Shown here: one piece after another, positions 46,867 to 60,174 of the stretch
How positions within the stretch are numbered: the first letter of the stretch is position 1
Layout of the letters: every line of letters begins with the position of its first letter
From: Heptranchias perlo
Lineage: Eukaryota
Length of the DNA: 64,000 nucleotides
Direction of reading: 5' to 3'
Assembly: GCF_035084215.1 (NCBI RefSeq)
Contig: NC_090332.1
Span: 77,500,001 to 77,564,000 of the forward strand
Translations under genes and position numbers: made by a program
Notes under the pieces: generated by a model
Databases searched by the model: none
What the model saw: only the letters and a program-made list of their open reading frames with translations
Told to the model about the DNA's origin: nothing

Positions 46867-49800
46867 ATCATAGAGTCATAGAAAATTTACGGCACAGAAG
46901 GAGGCCATTCAGCCCATCGTGTCTGTGCCGGCCGAAAATGAGCCACCCAGCCTATTCCCACTTTCCAGCACTTGGTCCGTAGCCTTGCAGGTTATGGCAC
47001 TTCAGGTGCATATCTAGGTACTTTTTAAATGAGTTGAGGGTTTCTGCCTCTACCTCCCTTTCAGGCAGTGAGTTCCAGACCCCCGCCACCCTCTGGGTGA
47101 AAAAATTTCTCCTCAGCTCCCCTCTAATCCTTCTACCAATCACTTTAAATCTAAGCCCCCTGGTTATTGACCTCTCTTCTAAGGGAAATTAATCCTTCCT
47201 ATCCACTCTATCTAGGCCCCTCATAATTTTGTGCACCTCAATTAAACCACCCCTCAGCTTCCTCTGTTCCAAAGAAAACAACCCCAGCCTATCCAATCTT
47301 TCCTCATAGCTAAAATTTTCCAGTCCTGGCAACATCCTCGTAAATCTCTGTACCCTCTCTAGTGCAATTACATCCTCTCTGTAATGTGGTGACCAGAACT
47401 GTATGCAGTACTCAAAGTGTGGCCTAACTAGTGTTTTATGCAGTTCCAGCATAACCTCCCTGCTCTTATATTCTATGTCTTGGCTAATAAAGGAAAGTAT
47501 TCCATATGCCTTTTTAACCACCTTATCTACCTGTCCTGCTACCTTCAGGGATCTGTGGACATGTACTCCAAGGTTCCTCACTTTCTTTACACCTCTCAGT
47601 ATCCTCCCATTTATTGTGTATTCCTTGTTTGCCCTCCCCAAATGCATTACCTCACACTTCTCCGGATTGAATTCCATTTGCCACTTTTCTGCCCACCTGA
47701 CCTGTCCATTGATGTCTTCCTGCAGTCTACAGCTTTCCTCCTCACTATCAACCACATGGCCAATTTTTGTATCATCTGCAAACCTCTTAATCATGTCCCC
47801 TACATTTAAGTCCAAATAATTAATATGTACCACAAAAAGCAAGGGACCTAGTACTGAGCCCTGCGGAACGCCAGCCACAAAAACACCCGTCGACCATCAC
47901 CCTTTGCTTCTGGCCACTGAGCCAATTTTAGATCCAACTTGCCACTTTCCCTTGGATCCCATTTACTTTTTTGACCAGCCTGCCATGTGGGACCTTGTCA
48001 AAAACCTTGCTAAAATCCATCTACACTACATCAAATGCGCTACCCTCATCGATCCTCCTTGTCACCTCCTCGAAAAATTCAACCAAGTTAGTCAGACACG
48101 ACATCCCTTTAATAAATCCATGCTGACTGTCCTTGATTACTCCGTGCCTTTCTAAGTGACGGTTTATCCTGTCCCTCAGAATTGATTCCAGTAATTTGCC
48201 CACCACCGAGGTTAGACTGACTGGCCTGTTATTACTCGGTCTATCCCTCGCTCCCTTTTTAAACAACGGTACAATGTTAGCAGTCCTCCAATCCTCCGGC
48301 ACCACGCCTGTATCCAGTGAGGATTGGAAAATGATGGTCAGAGCCACTGCTATTAGCTCCCTTGCCGCTTTTAATAGCCTGGGATACATTTCATTCGGGC
48401 CTGGTGATTTATCTACTTTCAAAGATGCTAATCCCCTTAATACTTCCTCTCTCACTATATTTATCCCATCCAATATTTCACATTCCTCCTCCTTAACTAC
48501 AATCTCTGCATCGTCCCTCTCTTTTGTGAAGACAGACCCAAAGTATTCATTAAGAACCATAACAACCTCTTCCGCCTCTACACATAGTTGACCTTTTCGG
48601 TCTCTAATAGGCCCTATTCTTTCCTTAGTTATCCTCTTGCTCTTAATGTATTTATAAAACATCTTTGGGTTTTCCTTGATTTTATTTGCCAGTATTTTTT
48701 CACGCCCTCTCGTTGCTTTCCTATTTTCCTTTTTAATTTCATCCTCGCACTTTCTATACACCTCTAGGCTTTCTGCAGTATTGAGTTCTCAGTGTCTGAC
48801 ATAAGCTTCCCTTTTTTGCCTTATCTCACCCTGTATGCTCCTTGACATCCAGGGGGCTCTAGAATTGGCAGTCCCACCCTTTTTCTTTGTGGGAACATGT
48901 TTACTCTGAACCCCTTGAATCTCCCCCTTGAACGCCTCCCACTGCTTTGACGTTGATTTACCTTCAAGAAGCTGTTTCCAGTCCATTTTTGGTAAATCAC
49001 TTCTCAGCTTAGTAAATTTGGCCTATCCCCAATTGAGAACTTTTACTCCTGTTCTATCTTTGTCCTTTTCCATAACTATGCTAAATCTAACTGAATTATG
49101 ATCACTACCAGCAAAGTGCTCTCCCTCTGGTACTCCTTCCACCTGCCCAGCTTCATTTCCTAAAACTAAATCCAGAATTGCCCGCTCTCTCGTTGGGCTT
49201 GCTACGTACTGGCTAAAAAAGTTCTCCTGAATGCAATTTTGTGCCCTCTATACCCTTCACACTGTTTGTATCCCAGTTAATATTAGGGTAGTTGAAATCC
49301 CTACTATTATTGCCCTATTGCTTTTGCACTTCTGAGAAACTTGCCAACATATTTGCTCTTCTATCTTCCTCTGACTGTTTGGGGGTCTATAGTACACTCC
49401 CAGTAGTGTGACTGCCCTTTTTTTGTTCCTTAGCTCAACCCCTATGGCCTCATTTGATGATCCTTCTAACATATCATCCCTCCTCACAGCCGTAATTGTT
49501 TCTTTAACCAAAATTGCCACCCCCCTCCTTTTTTATCCCCCTCTCTATCTCGTCTGAAAACCCTGTAACCAGGAATGTTGAGCTGCCATTCCTGTCCTTC
49601 TTTAAGCCATGTTTCTGTAATAGCTAAGATATCATACCTGCACGTGTCTATCTGTGCCCTCAGCTCATCTGCCTTATTCACTAGTTTCCTTGCATTGAAG
49701 TATATACCTTTAAGCACTGCCAAACTCCTTTGCTGTCTATTTTCTAACCGTTGTTTCCTTTGCCTTCCAAACTCACTTACTAATTTCTGCCTTCCATCTC

Positions 49801-50139
49801 CAGTTGTGATTCTGTCCCATCTGGATCTACACTCAGGTTCCCATCCTCCTGCCAAGCTAGCTTAAACCCTCCCCAACAGCACTAGCAAACCTTCCCGTGA
49901 GGATATTGGCCCCAGCCCTATTGAGGTCCAACCCGTCTGGCTTGTACTGGTCCCACCTCCCCCAGAACTGGTCTCAATGCCCCAGGAATCTAAAGCCCTC
50001 CCTCCTGCACCATCTCTCCAGCCACCCATTCATCTGCTCGATCTTCCTATTTCTATACTCACCAGCACGTGGCACTGGGAGTAATCCGGAGATTCCTACC
50101 TTTGAGGTCCTGTTTATTAATTCTTTTCCTAGCTCCTAA
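46867..50139 (-). mobile_element. Longest CR1 in the window: 3' end of ORF1 (esterase-like) plus degenerate ORF2 (APE endonuclease and RT)
   Basis: ISGLLPVPRAG...GWLERWCRREGFRFLGHW...DGL (ORF1); YFNARKL..K.DEL, AITETWL, GVYYRPP (APE); KSPGP, RPVSLTS, GVPQGS, FADDTK; ACTCTATGATTC tail. Confidence 0.95.
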
Positions 50140-51134
50140 CTGCAGAAGTTCAAAACTCTCATATAACAATATAACAAAGATCGAGGAGGAGCAAGGAAAG
50201 ATTAGGTCTCCTCTGCCCTGGGCTTCCACCAACCATCTGTCCCAAAGCCCCCTCCGCACGACTTACCTTCTTGCCGGCGAGCCTTCCTTTGGTGTTGGCC
50301 ATCAGCCCCTTGCCACACGAACCTCCGCTCCTCCTAGCTGGCCAGCTGCGGGTAGCAGTTTGATACAAATGAACAGCTTGCCAGGCTACTTCAGAGCGCA
50401 GTTAAGAGTCAACCACCTTGGCGTGGGACAGGAGTCACATGCAGGCCAGACCGGGTACGGATGGTAAAGTACCCTAGTATTGAGCTACCAGTGCGCTCTA
50501 GGAAGGGATAAAGTGACCCACGTTGAAGGTGTTCCTCAAAAGCTCTTCCCAAAAAACCTGCAGAAGTTCAAAACTCTCATATAACAAAGATCGACCTTTT
50601 ACAAAGCTTTGATCCACCGTCATTCTCACCTTCATACCGGCTGGCGTCCACAAGTATATTTTCACTCTGTTATTTCTCCATTCACTCAGTGCATTCCTAT
50701 CAGTTGTTGCTCTGCTCCTCCGCGCTGTGATGTTTCGATTTCAGGTCTGCTGCCCACCTACATCCCTAGGCCTCCCCCCCCCTCCCTACTCCTGATTTTA
50801 AATCTCCTCTCCCTGTATCTATCCCACTCGGGCTGTCTCCAATGTTAAGACGGTGGTACGACTGATGTTGCGAGTCGAAAGGGGAGAGTTGCCATTTAAA
50901 TATCACGGCCCTCGAGGAGCAAAGCTACAGCCGGTAGGAGTGCACTGGAGTGATTCTGCTGCTGGGTCCTCTTTCGTTGGAGAGATGACTACGCCGGGTG
51001 AAACCAGAGGGAAGGTATAATCTGCGTCCAAGGTGACGCCAAGCCTCCCTCACTTTTAACCCCAAGCAGGGACGTAAACTTCTCATCTTACGTGTGAATT
51101 TATACACTAGTTTTTGCTAATTAAAATGTAGCTG

Positions 51135-51412
51135 GTTGTGATTAGCAAAAGAACCAAAGGTGATATGAGGAAAGACTTTTTTACGCAGCGAGTGGTTAGG
51201 ATCTGGAATGCATTGCCCAAGGGGGTGGTGGAGACAAATTCAATCATGGCCTTCAAAAGGGAATTGGATAAGTACCTGAAAGGAAAAAATTTGCAGGGCT
51301 ACGGGGATAGGGCGGGGCAGTAGGACTAGCCGGATTGCTCTTGCATGGAGCCGGCATGGACTCAATGGGCCGAATGGCCTCCTTCCATGCTGTAACCTTT
51401 CTATGATTCTAT
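51135..51412 (+). mobile_element. CR1 3' fragment
   Basis: KGDMRKDFFTQRVVRIWNALP; TTCTATGATTCTAT tail. Confidence 0.9.
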
Positions 51413-52328
51413 TTCTAGCCCTGGACTTATAAAATGACTGGTCTTTCTCACCAGATGATCCTGGAATTGCTAAGCTATAAAATGAGGAATGCCTTGGACC
51501 GTGCCATAGGCACGAAGGGGGTTCTACCACCAGCAGTCTGCCAATAAGCAATTGTCTAATTTGTTAGTGGGAGGGAGAGGAAGGTGGAGGGTAGGTTATT
51601 TCCAATGACCAGATCTCCTCTCACTTCTCAGTCTGTCAAATTGTCCCATTCGTCGCAGTCCCACTGGTACCCTATCGTGCCTAGTCTGGCTATGGTTGGG
51701 GCTGTGCTAAAGTCACTCTTCATTACTTTTTTGAGGTTTTCTCCCAAGCGGACGAGGGTCTGGGTTTGGATTTTACTTGTGTTGCTGCTTGTCAAGGATG
51801 AGAGATACGAAACGGAAGACACTTCCACTTTAGGCCCCTAAATCAGAGATTATCACCGGTTATCACACAGGTTTTTCACAGAAATCATGTATATGTCCAC
51901 TGTAAGGGAGATTGCCAGTTTGTGCTCAGTACAGGGCAGTTTGGTGTTATGGGCCCATTGGCTTTGGGTGCTGGATTGACACCAGAGGCTGCAAAGGTTA
52001 TATATCAAATCAGTTTGAAGCCTTCATCCCATCAGTCTGAATTGAACTAAAACTAAGTGAAAGGACAATGCAAACTCATTGTAATCCAGTGCTTACATAC
52101 CCTCTTAAATACACATTGCTTGTTTTGCAGAAGAACCTGGAATAAAATTCCCCTGACCTCACTGCACTCTCCAAGTACTGTTGCATTTTTTTTCTTCTTT
52201 ATTACTAAAATGTTCGTAAACGTGTTGAGCCGTTTGGAAGCTGGTGTTTTGTCATTGTTATTATTTGGGAAAAAAGCTTGTGCGGGACTTCTGACATAAC
52301 ACCAGCTTGCCTTCATTTAACGCACCGC

Positions 52329-52810
52329 GGGGGTCATTTTGACTTTTGCCAATGGTGTAAAACGGGCGATTTCGGAATGGCCACCCGCTATGCATTGAAG
52401 TGAAAGGAAATGAAATTCGGGAGAGGTGTACAACAGGCGTCTGAATCGATATCGTCCGTTTTACATTATCACCCAAAGTCAAAATTACCCCCCACTCATG
52501 TCAGAATCTTGGAGCACTTTAGAGAGAAGAAAGTAGACACTGAAAAGGAGAACAGAACGGGTAGGACGGGAGCAGGGCCGAAGGAGGCAAATCGTAATTT
52601 ATGTGTTCCCAGGATGTGGCCGGTGCGGGAAAAATTGCAGAGTTAGGAAAGCCTTTTCATTCTGTGTAGAGTTTGTAGGATAGTGTAAAACGAGTGATGG
52701 CCAATCGGCCCATCTTCGCCTCTCTACTGACATGGATGTAAAAAGCGGGAGAGATGTCAAACGAACTGGCGATTCACCATCATCCGTTTCACAAACTCAA
52801 CGTTACCCCC
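52329..52810. mobile_element. Two adjacent palindromic MITE copies (52329-52492; ~52660-52810)
   Basis: GGGGTCATTTTGACTTT...GTGTAAAACGGGCGAT / ATCGTCCGTTTTACA...AAAGTCAAAATTACCCC; same family as 20333. Confidence 0.7.
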
Positions 52811-53754
52811 CGAGGAATGTACCAACACCTTGGAGAGGGAAGGATGAAGTACAGGCAGCCAAAAGGTATTCTACACCGCTCACGTCCCAAGTATCCAGCG
52901 GCTTTTTATTTTTCGGATTAGTGGTATCTTGAAATCGCTCACTGTTCAAGTTATTCCAAGAATGGAATAAAAACAAGATTCTGGAAAGAAAAAGTGGACC
53001 AAAGAGAAAAAGTAGCATGTTATTTTTGATGTAAACCTTTCTTGGAAACTGTAAGTTAATTCCTTCCCTGTAGGACTGAACAAAACAGAGACGGAAGGGG
53101 AGAACAGTCGGGTGAAGGTCAAGAGTCAGGTACATTAAGTCCCTTTACAAAGAGACACTGAATAGGCTCAAAACACATTGGAAAAACACAGAGGTGAAAG
53201 AGTGCTGATGATATACAGGGATCGTGACAAACAGTCAGTCAAAAGGCATTGGAAAGATGACGTGGGTGCTGGGTAAAAACAATTCCGAAATGGAAGGGAA
53301 TGAATGGAATATAGATGAGAGAATTGAGGAAGAAAAAGGCCGTTACAGCTAAGATCTGAAGTGGCTAAAGTTCATGTTCAGAGTGCTGCAGAATGCCAAG
53401 AAAGAAGATAAGATACTGTTCCTGAATTTTGTTTTGAGATTGGTTCAAGCAGTGTGGGAGGCTAAAGATAAATGTCAGAGTGGGAATGGAAGGGGAGTTG
53501 AAATGTCGAGCCACAGAGCAGTCACGTTCATGCACGGAATAGAGATATTTACACAGTAGTCATTCCATCGATGTTTGGTCTCCCTAATGTAGAGGAGACC
53601 GCACCCTGAGCAGCAAATACAGTGCACTAAATTGAACGAGGTATTTGTGGATTACTGTCTTACACTGAAGGAGTGTTTGGGGCCCTGGGAAAGTGCCAGG
53701 GGAGAGGAACCAGAAATGCAAGCAATAGAAGAGTGAATGATGATTAAACGGAGG

Positions 53755-53905
53755 GACATAGGAACAGGAGTAGTCCATTCAGCCCCTCAAGCCTGTTCCG
53801 CCATTCAGTTAGATCATGGCTGATCTGTATCTTAACTCCATCTACCTGTCTTGGTTCCGTAACCTTTAGTACCATTGCCTAACAAAAATCGATCAATCTC
53901 AGTCT
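53755..53905 (-). mobile_element. CR1 3' tail fragment
   Basis: ACATAGGAACAGGAGTAG.CCATTCAGCCCCTC...AGATCATGGCTGATCTG. Confidence 0.8.
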
Positions 53906-54449
53906 CCGAGGGAATGGTACTTCTGGAAAATAGAGGTGGGAGGGGAAGAGAAAATCTAAATTGCTGAAATAGCAGATAATGGTTTGGTGGATGCAGAATC
54001 TATTGGGATAGAAGGTGAGGTCAGGAGGGATTTGTTGCTGAGAGAGGAGGACGAGTGATGGATAAGGGGTGGATATGGGCAGGGATCCTATTGGTCACAG
54101 GCAAGGGAAAACCTCGGCTGAGTTAAAAGAAGGACATTTCAGATGAAAATGGAAATCATCAGAGCAGATGTAAAGGAGATGGAAATACTTAGAGAATGGG
54201 ATGGTGTATTCTCAAAAATGGGGTAGGAAGAAACATAATCCAAGCAGTTGTGAGTTTTGTGGGTTTGTAATAGATGTATGTGGAAAGTTCATTGCCAGAC
54301 AGAGAGACAGAGAGAGAGAGAAGCAGAACTGAGAGGCAGGAGTCAGAGATGGCCCATGTGAAGATGAGAGATGGGTGGAAATGGGAAGTGTAGTTAACAA
54401 AATTCTCCAGATTGGAGTGAGAGCAGGAAGCAGCACCAACATAACATTC

Positions 54450-54855
54450 AGTGTCCAGCAACGCCTCAAATTTAAAATTCTCATCCTCGCGCTCAAATCC
54501 CTCCATGGCCTCGCCCCTCCCTATCTCTGTAACCTCCTCCAGCCCTACAACCCTCTGAGATCTCTGCGCTTCTCCAATTCTGGCCTCTTGTCCATCCCCG
54601 CTTTCCTTCACCCCACCATTGGTGGCCGTGTCTTCACCCGTCTAGGCCCTAAACTCTGGAATTCCCTCCCTAAATCTCTGCACCTCTCTCCTCCTTTAAG
54701 ACACTCCTTAAAACCTACGTCTTTGACCAAGCACCTACCTTAATATCTCCTTCTTTGGCTCGGTATCAATATTTGTCCGATTACACTCCTGTGAAGCCCC
54801 TTGGGATATTTTACTACATTAAAGGCGCTATATAAATGCAAGTTGTTATTGTTGC
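54450..54855 (+). mobile_element. L2 LINE 3' end
   Basis: QQRLKFKILIL.LKSLHGLAPPYL..LL..Y.P.RSLR...GGR.F...PKLWNSLP; tail AAAGGCGCTATATAAATGCAAG(TTG)n. Confidence 0.9.
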
Positions 54856-57489
54856 AATGGAGGAAGAGTTCAGGAAAGACACCTGAGGAAAATCGAACTA
54901 GGGGTGTTCTACTTATCCTACAAAAGAACAGACATTGCTGAGACCTATGTGGATTTTCATAGAAACATCTTTTTTATCTGAGGAAAGTGAGTGGAGTTAA
55001 AGTAAGTTGTTGAGGGTGGGATCAAGTTCAGTCAGGTAGATGAGGGTAGTACTGGGAAGGAACAGATTGGAGCACTGCATGAGGAAGAAGTGGAGGGTCT
55101 GGAGATCATCCTGTTATAGGATGGAGGCTGTCTGGCTGCTGATAGCCACTGCCCACTTGATGAGGAGCCATGTGGGAAAGCTATCAGAAGGTGAACAGCA
55201 TCCTTATCCCAGCTGGAAGTCGACGCTATCAGGGGAAAGGAGGAAATCAGAAAAGGGTGGGGAAAAATTTCCACATGATAGATTCAACCTGCCTGACGAG
55301 TGAAGCCCAGTACATTTGGACTTTCAGACGTGTCCAGAATGTGGTAGAAATCCCTGGTTGGTAGAGCAGCTTTTAAAGCCTCAGCAGAAGCATTCAGTCC
55401 AAGTAATGCCATCATTATTAAAACACATTATACTTCCAAAAAATGGTCTCCAAAGTGCACATGGCCATTGCCAGAAGATCATAGTGGTCACAGACCATCC
55501 CCACTGTGGGATTAGAAGAAAAAGGAAGCGGAGAAGGTTCAAGCCATTTAGCTCACCACCATTTATAGCCAAGCTGAAGACCCACTCAAACCACTGTTGT
55601 CTCCAACCTACCTTGAATCCAAGTCCATTGTCCTTTAAAACTGCACCCAATCCTTGTACCCACCATTACTGTTTCGAGAACAATTGTTTCAAAGCATGTT
55701 ATCTATTCCTCTTCCTTTCTGTTAGTCGCCTAGCACCAAATAGAATCCCTGGGCAAGAAGAGGTTTGGACAACACGGTCCAGATCTCTGCTCGGGTTATT
55801 CGGAGGATGAACTACCTTTTATTTCACCTTCCTCACAGTGGTACAGCCGAGGCCAGGAAGTTAACGTGTGGGTAATCCTCGGGCACTGCCCTGCAACCAA
55901 ATGCTAGGTCGCTCAGGCATTGGCTGCTTTACTGCCACTGGGCCACCTGTTGTACCTACCTTTTTATTAATTGCTGTTTCAAAAGAGGTAGAAACAGTTG
56001 TAAACCTTCTGTGGCTAAGATAATTGTCGTAGTCATAGGATCCTAGGAGTTTCAGTTTAGAAGGAAGGCATTGTGCCAATGCGGCTGCTATATCAGAGCG
56101 ATCTACTTGTACTTCCCTTATTCCCCATGACCTTTTAGTATTTTTTCTTCATGGTTAATTCCCTCTTAAATGTCATGGTTGATGACTTCAATTGCCACTT
56201 TTCTTCCTCTTTGTTCTAATAACCTTTTGGGTAAACAAATTCTTCTCACTTTCCCTGTTCTGATTATTCGTTAAATAATGTGTGTTTCTGATAATGCTAA
56301 TGGAATATATCTTACTCTGATTCGCTTTGACTGATGACCAACATTAAATACACAAAATACAATCTGAAAGTTCTAACCATTAGCACGTGTGCAGCTATAG
56401 GTCTGTGACTTATTGGTGTAAAACCCAATGGGACTGTCTACGTTAACAGGATTTACTAAGTACATTTGTAATGGAGGTTCCTGGCGGTTAATGTGCTGCT
56501 GTTTGGCCAGCGTGATGGTGCCAGGTTCTGCTGTGTACACTGTAGTCCATAGTAACACAGATGAGGCAGATAAAGAGCTCGCAATTGTGCAGTGTGTGGA
56601 TTCTGAACACTTTCACGTTCTTTCAATCTAATCACAGAGTAAAATCAAGCTTTTAAGGTTTCGGAACAATTTGAAATGGTTTTTTGATGCACATAGATAC
56701 TCTGCTGAGGAAAACATTTGCGGGAAGGAGCCCTGCTTGTAATTTAATGCTATGACCTCCCAAGAAGACATATTACGCAGAGAAAATTCACCACAGTGGG
56801 GGATAATGTAACTCTTTACGTAAGCGCTATCACACATTGGCACTAACCCATAAGTTTCCTCGCGATTAGAACATCGTCTTGAAGGGCTTTTAGCTTCTTT
56901 GCTTATAGGCTTACGTAAGCCTGTGGAAGCCTGTCATCTTGTATTTCACGCATGCTGCAAGGTGGGCAGGCTGTATGGACCACATGTTCAGTCTGCCCAC
57001 TCCACAAACCAGTCATCTCGCTGTCCTGGTCTCCGCCTTTGACCCTGGCCAAGTTTTCTCAATCTGAGTCTCTTCTGAGTATTAGCTGATGGAACAGCAT
57101 GTTACACGGTGGGAGGAAGCTTTGGGAACATTATAACACATACATGGGGAAGGGAGAGTTCTGTGACTTCGAATAATGTGATACAGAGGATGAGGAGCGA
57201 CGGGGAACTCATCAATCCGTAGGACTGCCAGGCTGAGAAGGAAAACCCTATTTCGCCTTGTGGCATCTACGTGTTTCTGATGACACATCAGAACGAAAGA
57301 TTTTATTGACCCAAACAATAAGCTTTCATCTTAAATTACATTTGCAAGGCAATCCCCACCTTAAAATTCACTGTCCAAAAGAAACTTTAAGATGGAGTTT
57401 ATCAAAAGAGCTGTTATGAAAAATGAAATTAAGAGAAGGAAATGATCAGATTTAGCAGCCTGATTCCTTCTGTCTCAGTAAATTTGGGT

Positions 57490-57890
57490 CTCAACCTTGG
57501 CTCAGTGGGCAGCACTCTCACCTCTAACAGCAGAGGTTTGTGGGTTCAAGTCTCACTCCAGAGACTTGAGCATGTAATCTCAGCTGACACTTCAGTGCAG
57601 TACTGAGGGAATTCTGCTGTCTTTTGGATGAGATGTTAAACTGAGATCACAGGTAGACATAAAAGATTCCATGACACAAAGAGCAGGAGAGTTCTCTTGA
57701 TGTCCCAGCCAACATTTATCCCTCAACCAGCAACACTGAAGCAGTTTAATTATTCATTTATCTCATTAGCTGCTTGCGTCTCCTTACATTACAACAGTGA
57801 CCACACTTCAAAACTACTTAATTGACTGAAAAGCACTTTAGGACGTCCTGAGGTCATGAAAGCCGCTATATAAATGCAAATTCTTACTCT
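57490..57890 (+). mobile_element. Near full-length tRNA-headed Deu-SINE
   Basis: A-box TGGCTCAGTGG, B-box GGTTCAAGTC, Deu core, L2-type tail GCTATATAAATGCAA. Confidence 0.85.
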
Positions 57891-58024
57891 TACGCGAGTT
57901 CTTTCTTTAATTCACTTGTTTTCCTCAGTGAATGCTCAGTCTGCAATAGCAACCTTGCTGATGCTTTTTTCAAAAGCAAAAGATAAGTTATTAGTTGAGT
58001 GTTCCAACAGGGAACTGATTGGGG

Positions 58025-58452
58025 TCAGGGCAGTGGCTCAGTGGTAGCACTTTTACCTCTGTATTAGAAGATCATGGATTCAAATCCCACTCCAGAGACT
58101 TGTGCATATAACTTAGGCTGATAATCTAGTGCAGTGTTGGCGGTGCTGTTTGTCGGATGAGATGTTAAACCAAGGCCCTGTCTGCCCTCGTGGGTAGATG
58201 CTATGGAACTATTTTGAAGAAGAGCAGCGGAATTGTCTTCGACTAATATTTATTCCTCAACCAACATCACTAAAACAGATTATCTGGTTATTATCTCATT
58301 GCTGTTTGTGGGACCTTGCTGTGCGGTAATTGGCTGCCTCGTTTCTTAGATTATATCTGTGACTACACTTCAAAAGTACTTCATTGGCTGTAAAGTTCCT
58401 AAGGACGACCTGAGGTCATGAAAGGCGCCATAGAAATGCAAGATCTTTCTTC
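58025..58452 (+). mobile_element. Near full-length tRNA-headed Deu-SINE (tandem with the previous copy)
   Basis: TGGCTCAGTGGTAGCAC, GATTCAAATCC, Deu core, GAAAGGCGCCATAGAAATGCAAG. Confidence 0.85.
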
Positions 58453-58909
58453 CTTAACATTATGATTTGAAGATTTCATCCACGGGATGCCTGCCATTTG
58501 TGGGATATTTATCTTTTTTAAATAGAGTAGATTGCACATGCTCTATGGAAGAAGCAGGCTCGATGGGCCGAAGGAAATAACAAATTGTTGAATCCAAGCT
58601 ATTGGTTGGAGCCAATTGTTTTGTCTGGAGCTGTGGGGAAATATTATTAAGCTGCAGGGGGTGTTGTTTTCAGTCTTGAATCAGACTTGGTAAAGTTCAG
58701 CCGTCCTGTTCTGCGCCTCTCATTCCTGCTTACAGTGCGGATGCACGACACACTGTAATCAAAGAATTGTGTAATGTTGAGGTTTTAGCTGTGACTGAAA
58801 TGTCACGCATCGGTTCTTGGTGCTGTAGTCAAGAAGTCTGTTTACCTCCTGTCCATCTCCCTTCCTCCCGCAATCAGCAGCTTTATAAAACCCAAGCTTA
58901 GCGTAATTC

Positions 58910-59215
58910 CCAAACCCACATCCTCTGCCGCCTAGAAGGACAAGGGCAGCAGGTACATGGGAACACCATCCCCTCCAAGTTCCCCTCCAAGCCACACAGC
59001 TTCCCGACTTGGAAATATATCGCCGTTCCTTCATCGTCACTGGGTCAAAATCCTAGAACTCCCTACCTAACAGCACTGTGGGAGAACCTTCACCACCCGG
59101 ACTGCAGCGGTTCAAGAAGAAGGCCCACCACCACCTTCTCAAGGGCAACGAGGGATGGGCAATAAATGCCGGCTTTGCCAGCGATGCCCATATCCCCAGA
59201 ATGAGTATTTTTAAA
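58910..59215 (+). mobile_element. LINE-B 3' end
   Basis: Collinear with 1-270. Confidence 0.85.
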
Positions 59216-60174
59216 AATCGCTACTTACTGAATTATCTTGTCATCTCTTCTTGAGGCGCCCTGCGCTTTTCACTTTGTCTTTCTAATTTTAAAAAGGCAG
59301 TTACGATGTTCCTTTTAAATTTTTGTTCTGGTGCTGCCCTATTTAAAGCACAGTTTACGCTCAGTCTGTTGAAGATTGTTTTAATGCAGCTGCAGATAAG
59401 TTCACAGTGAGCTTCTTAGAACTGACTAACTGGCTTTGCTTTTTTGTAAGACGTTCAAAATGCCTCAGCACTTTGCTGCTAAATCAAAATAAGTTACCAT
59501 CAGAGAAAGCACTTCCAGACTAGAACTCAGTAGCAGGAAAGGAAGTCGATCACACTGCCAGGTGTGGGATATGGTTATACCTGTGGTTTGGACTCAGAGG
59601 AGCGTTTAGTCCAAATGCAAAAGTAAGTCAAGTAAGTAACTTAAAAATGTCACAACACCGAAGGGAAATCATTTTAATTTCCATTGAAGTCGTGTACAAC
59701 ATAAGTTTGCAAAACTTAAACATCGGGGGATCTGAAGAGAAATCCCAAGACTGTAAGAAGTCATGATATCTGATCACGATTCTGGATTTGACTCACTAAT
59801 GCAATGTTATTGCAGTTGCTGTATATTAATAAAGTATATATGTTTTGTAATGTTAGCACTGCTTTCCTTCAGGCAGCTCACACTATTTCAGAAGTCAGAA
59901 AACGGGTTCCCAGGAATGTACCAATATTAGCAGCGGGGTTTCAGGAGTGTGCAGCGCAGATTCACTCGAATGATATTGGAGCTAAAAGGGTTAAATTATG
60001 AGGACAGGTTGCATAGGCTAGGCTTGTATTCCCTTGAGTGTAGAAGGTTAAAAGGTCATCTAATTGAGGTGTTTAAGATGAGCCATGATGTGGAGATGCC
60101 GGTGATGGACTGGGGTGGACAAATGTAAGGAATCTTACAACACCAGGTTATAGTCCAACTGTTTTATTTGACAA

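Larger units (their letters stand above)
53345..55370 (-). mobile_element. Degenerate coding Penelope-like element (RT plus GIY-YIG endonuclease), interrupted by CR1 and L2 fragments
   Basis: Minus strand shows CICCSGCGLLYIRETK (~53570-53625; GIY-YIG), VGAASCSH.NLENFVNY.SHFHPSLIFTW.ISD and YYKPT (~54260-54440; RT), and ASIL*QDDLQTLHFFL (~55080-55130). Confidence 0.75.

Noticed and set aside
51628-51828. Minus-strand 66-aa ORF in unique sequence
   Set aside because: Non-ATG start, no homology recognised, no supporting splice pattern.
57490-58100. tRNA genes
   Set aside because: The A/B boxes run straight into a Deu-SINE body and there is no complete cloverleaf.
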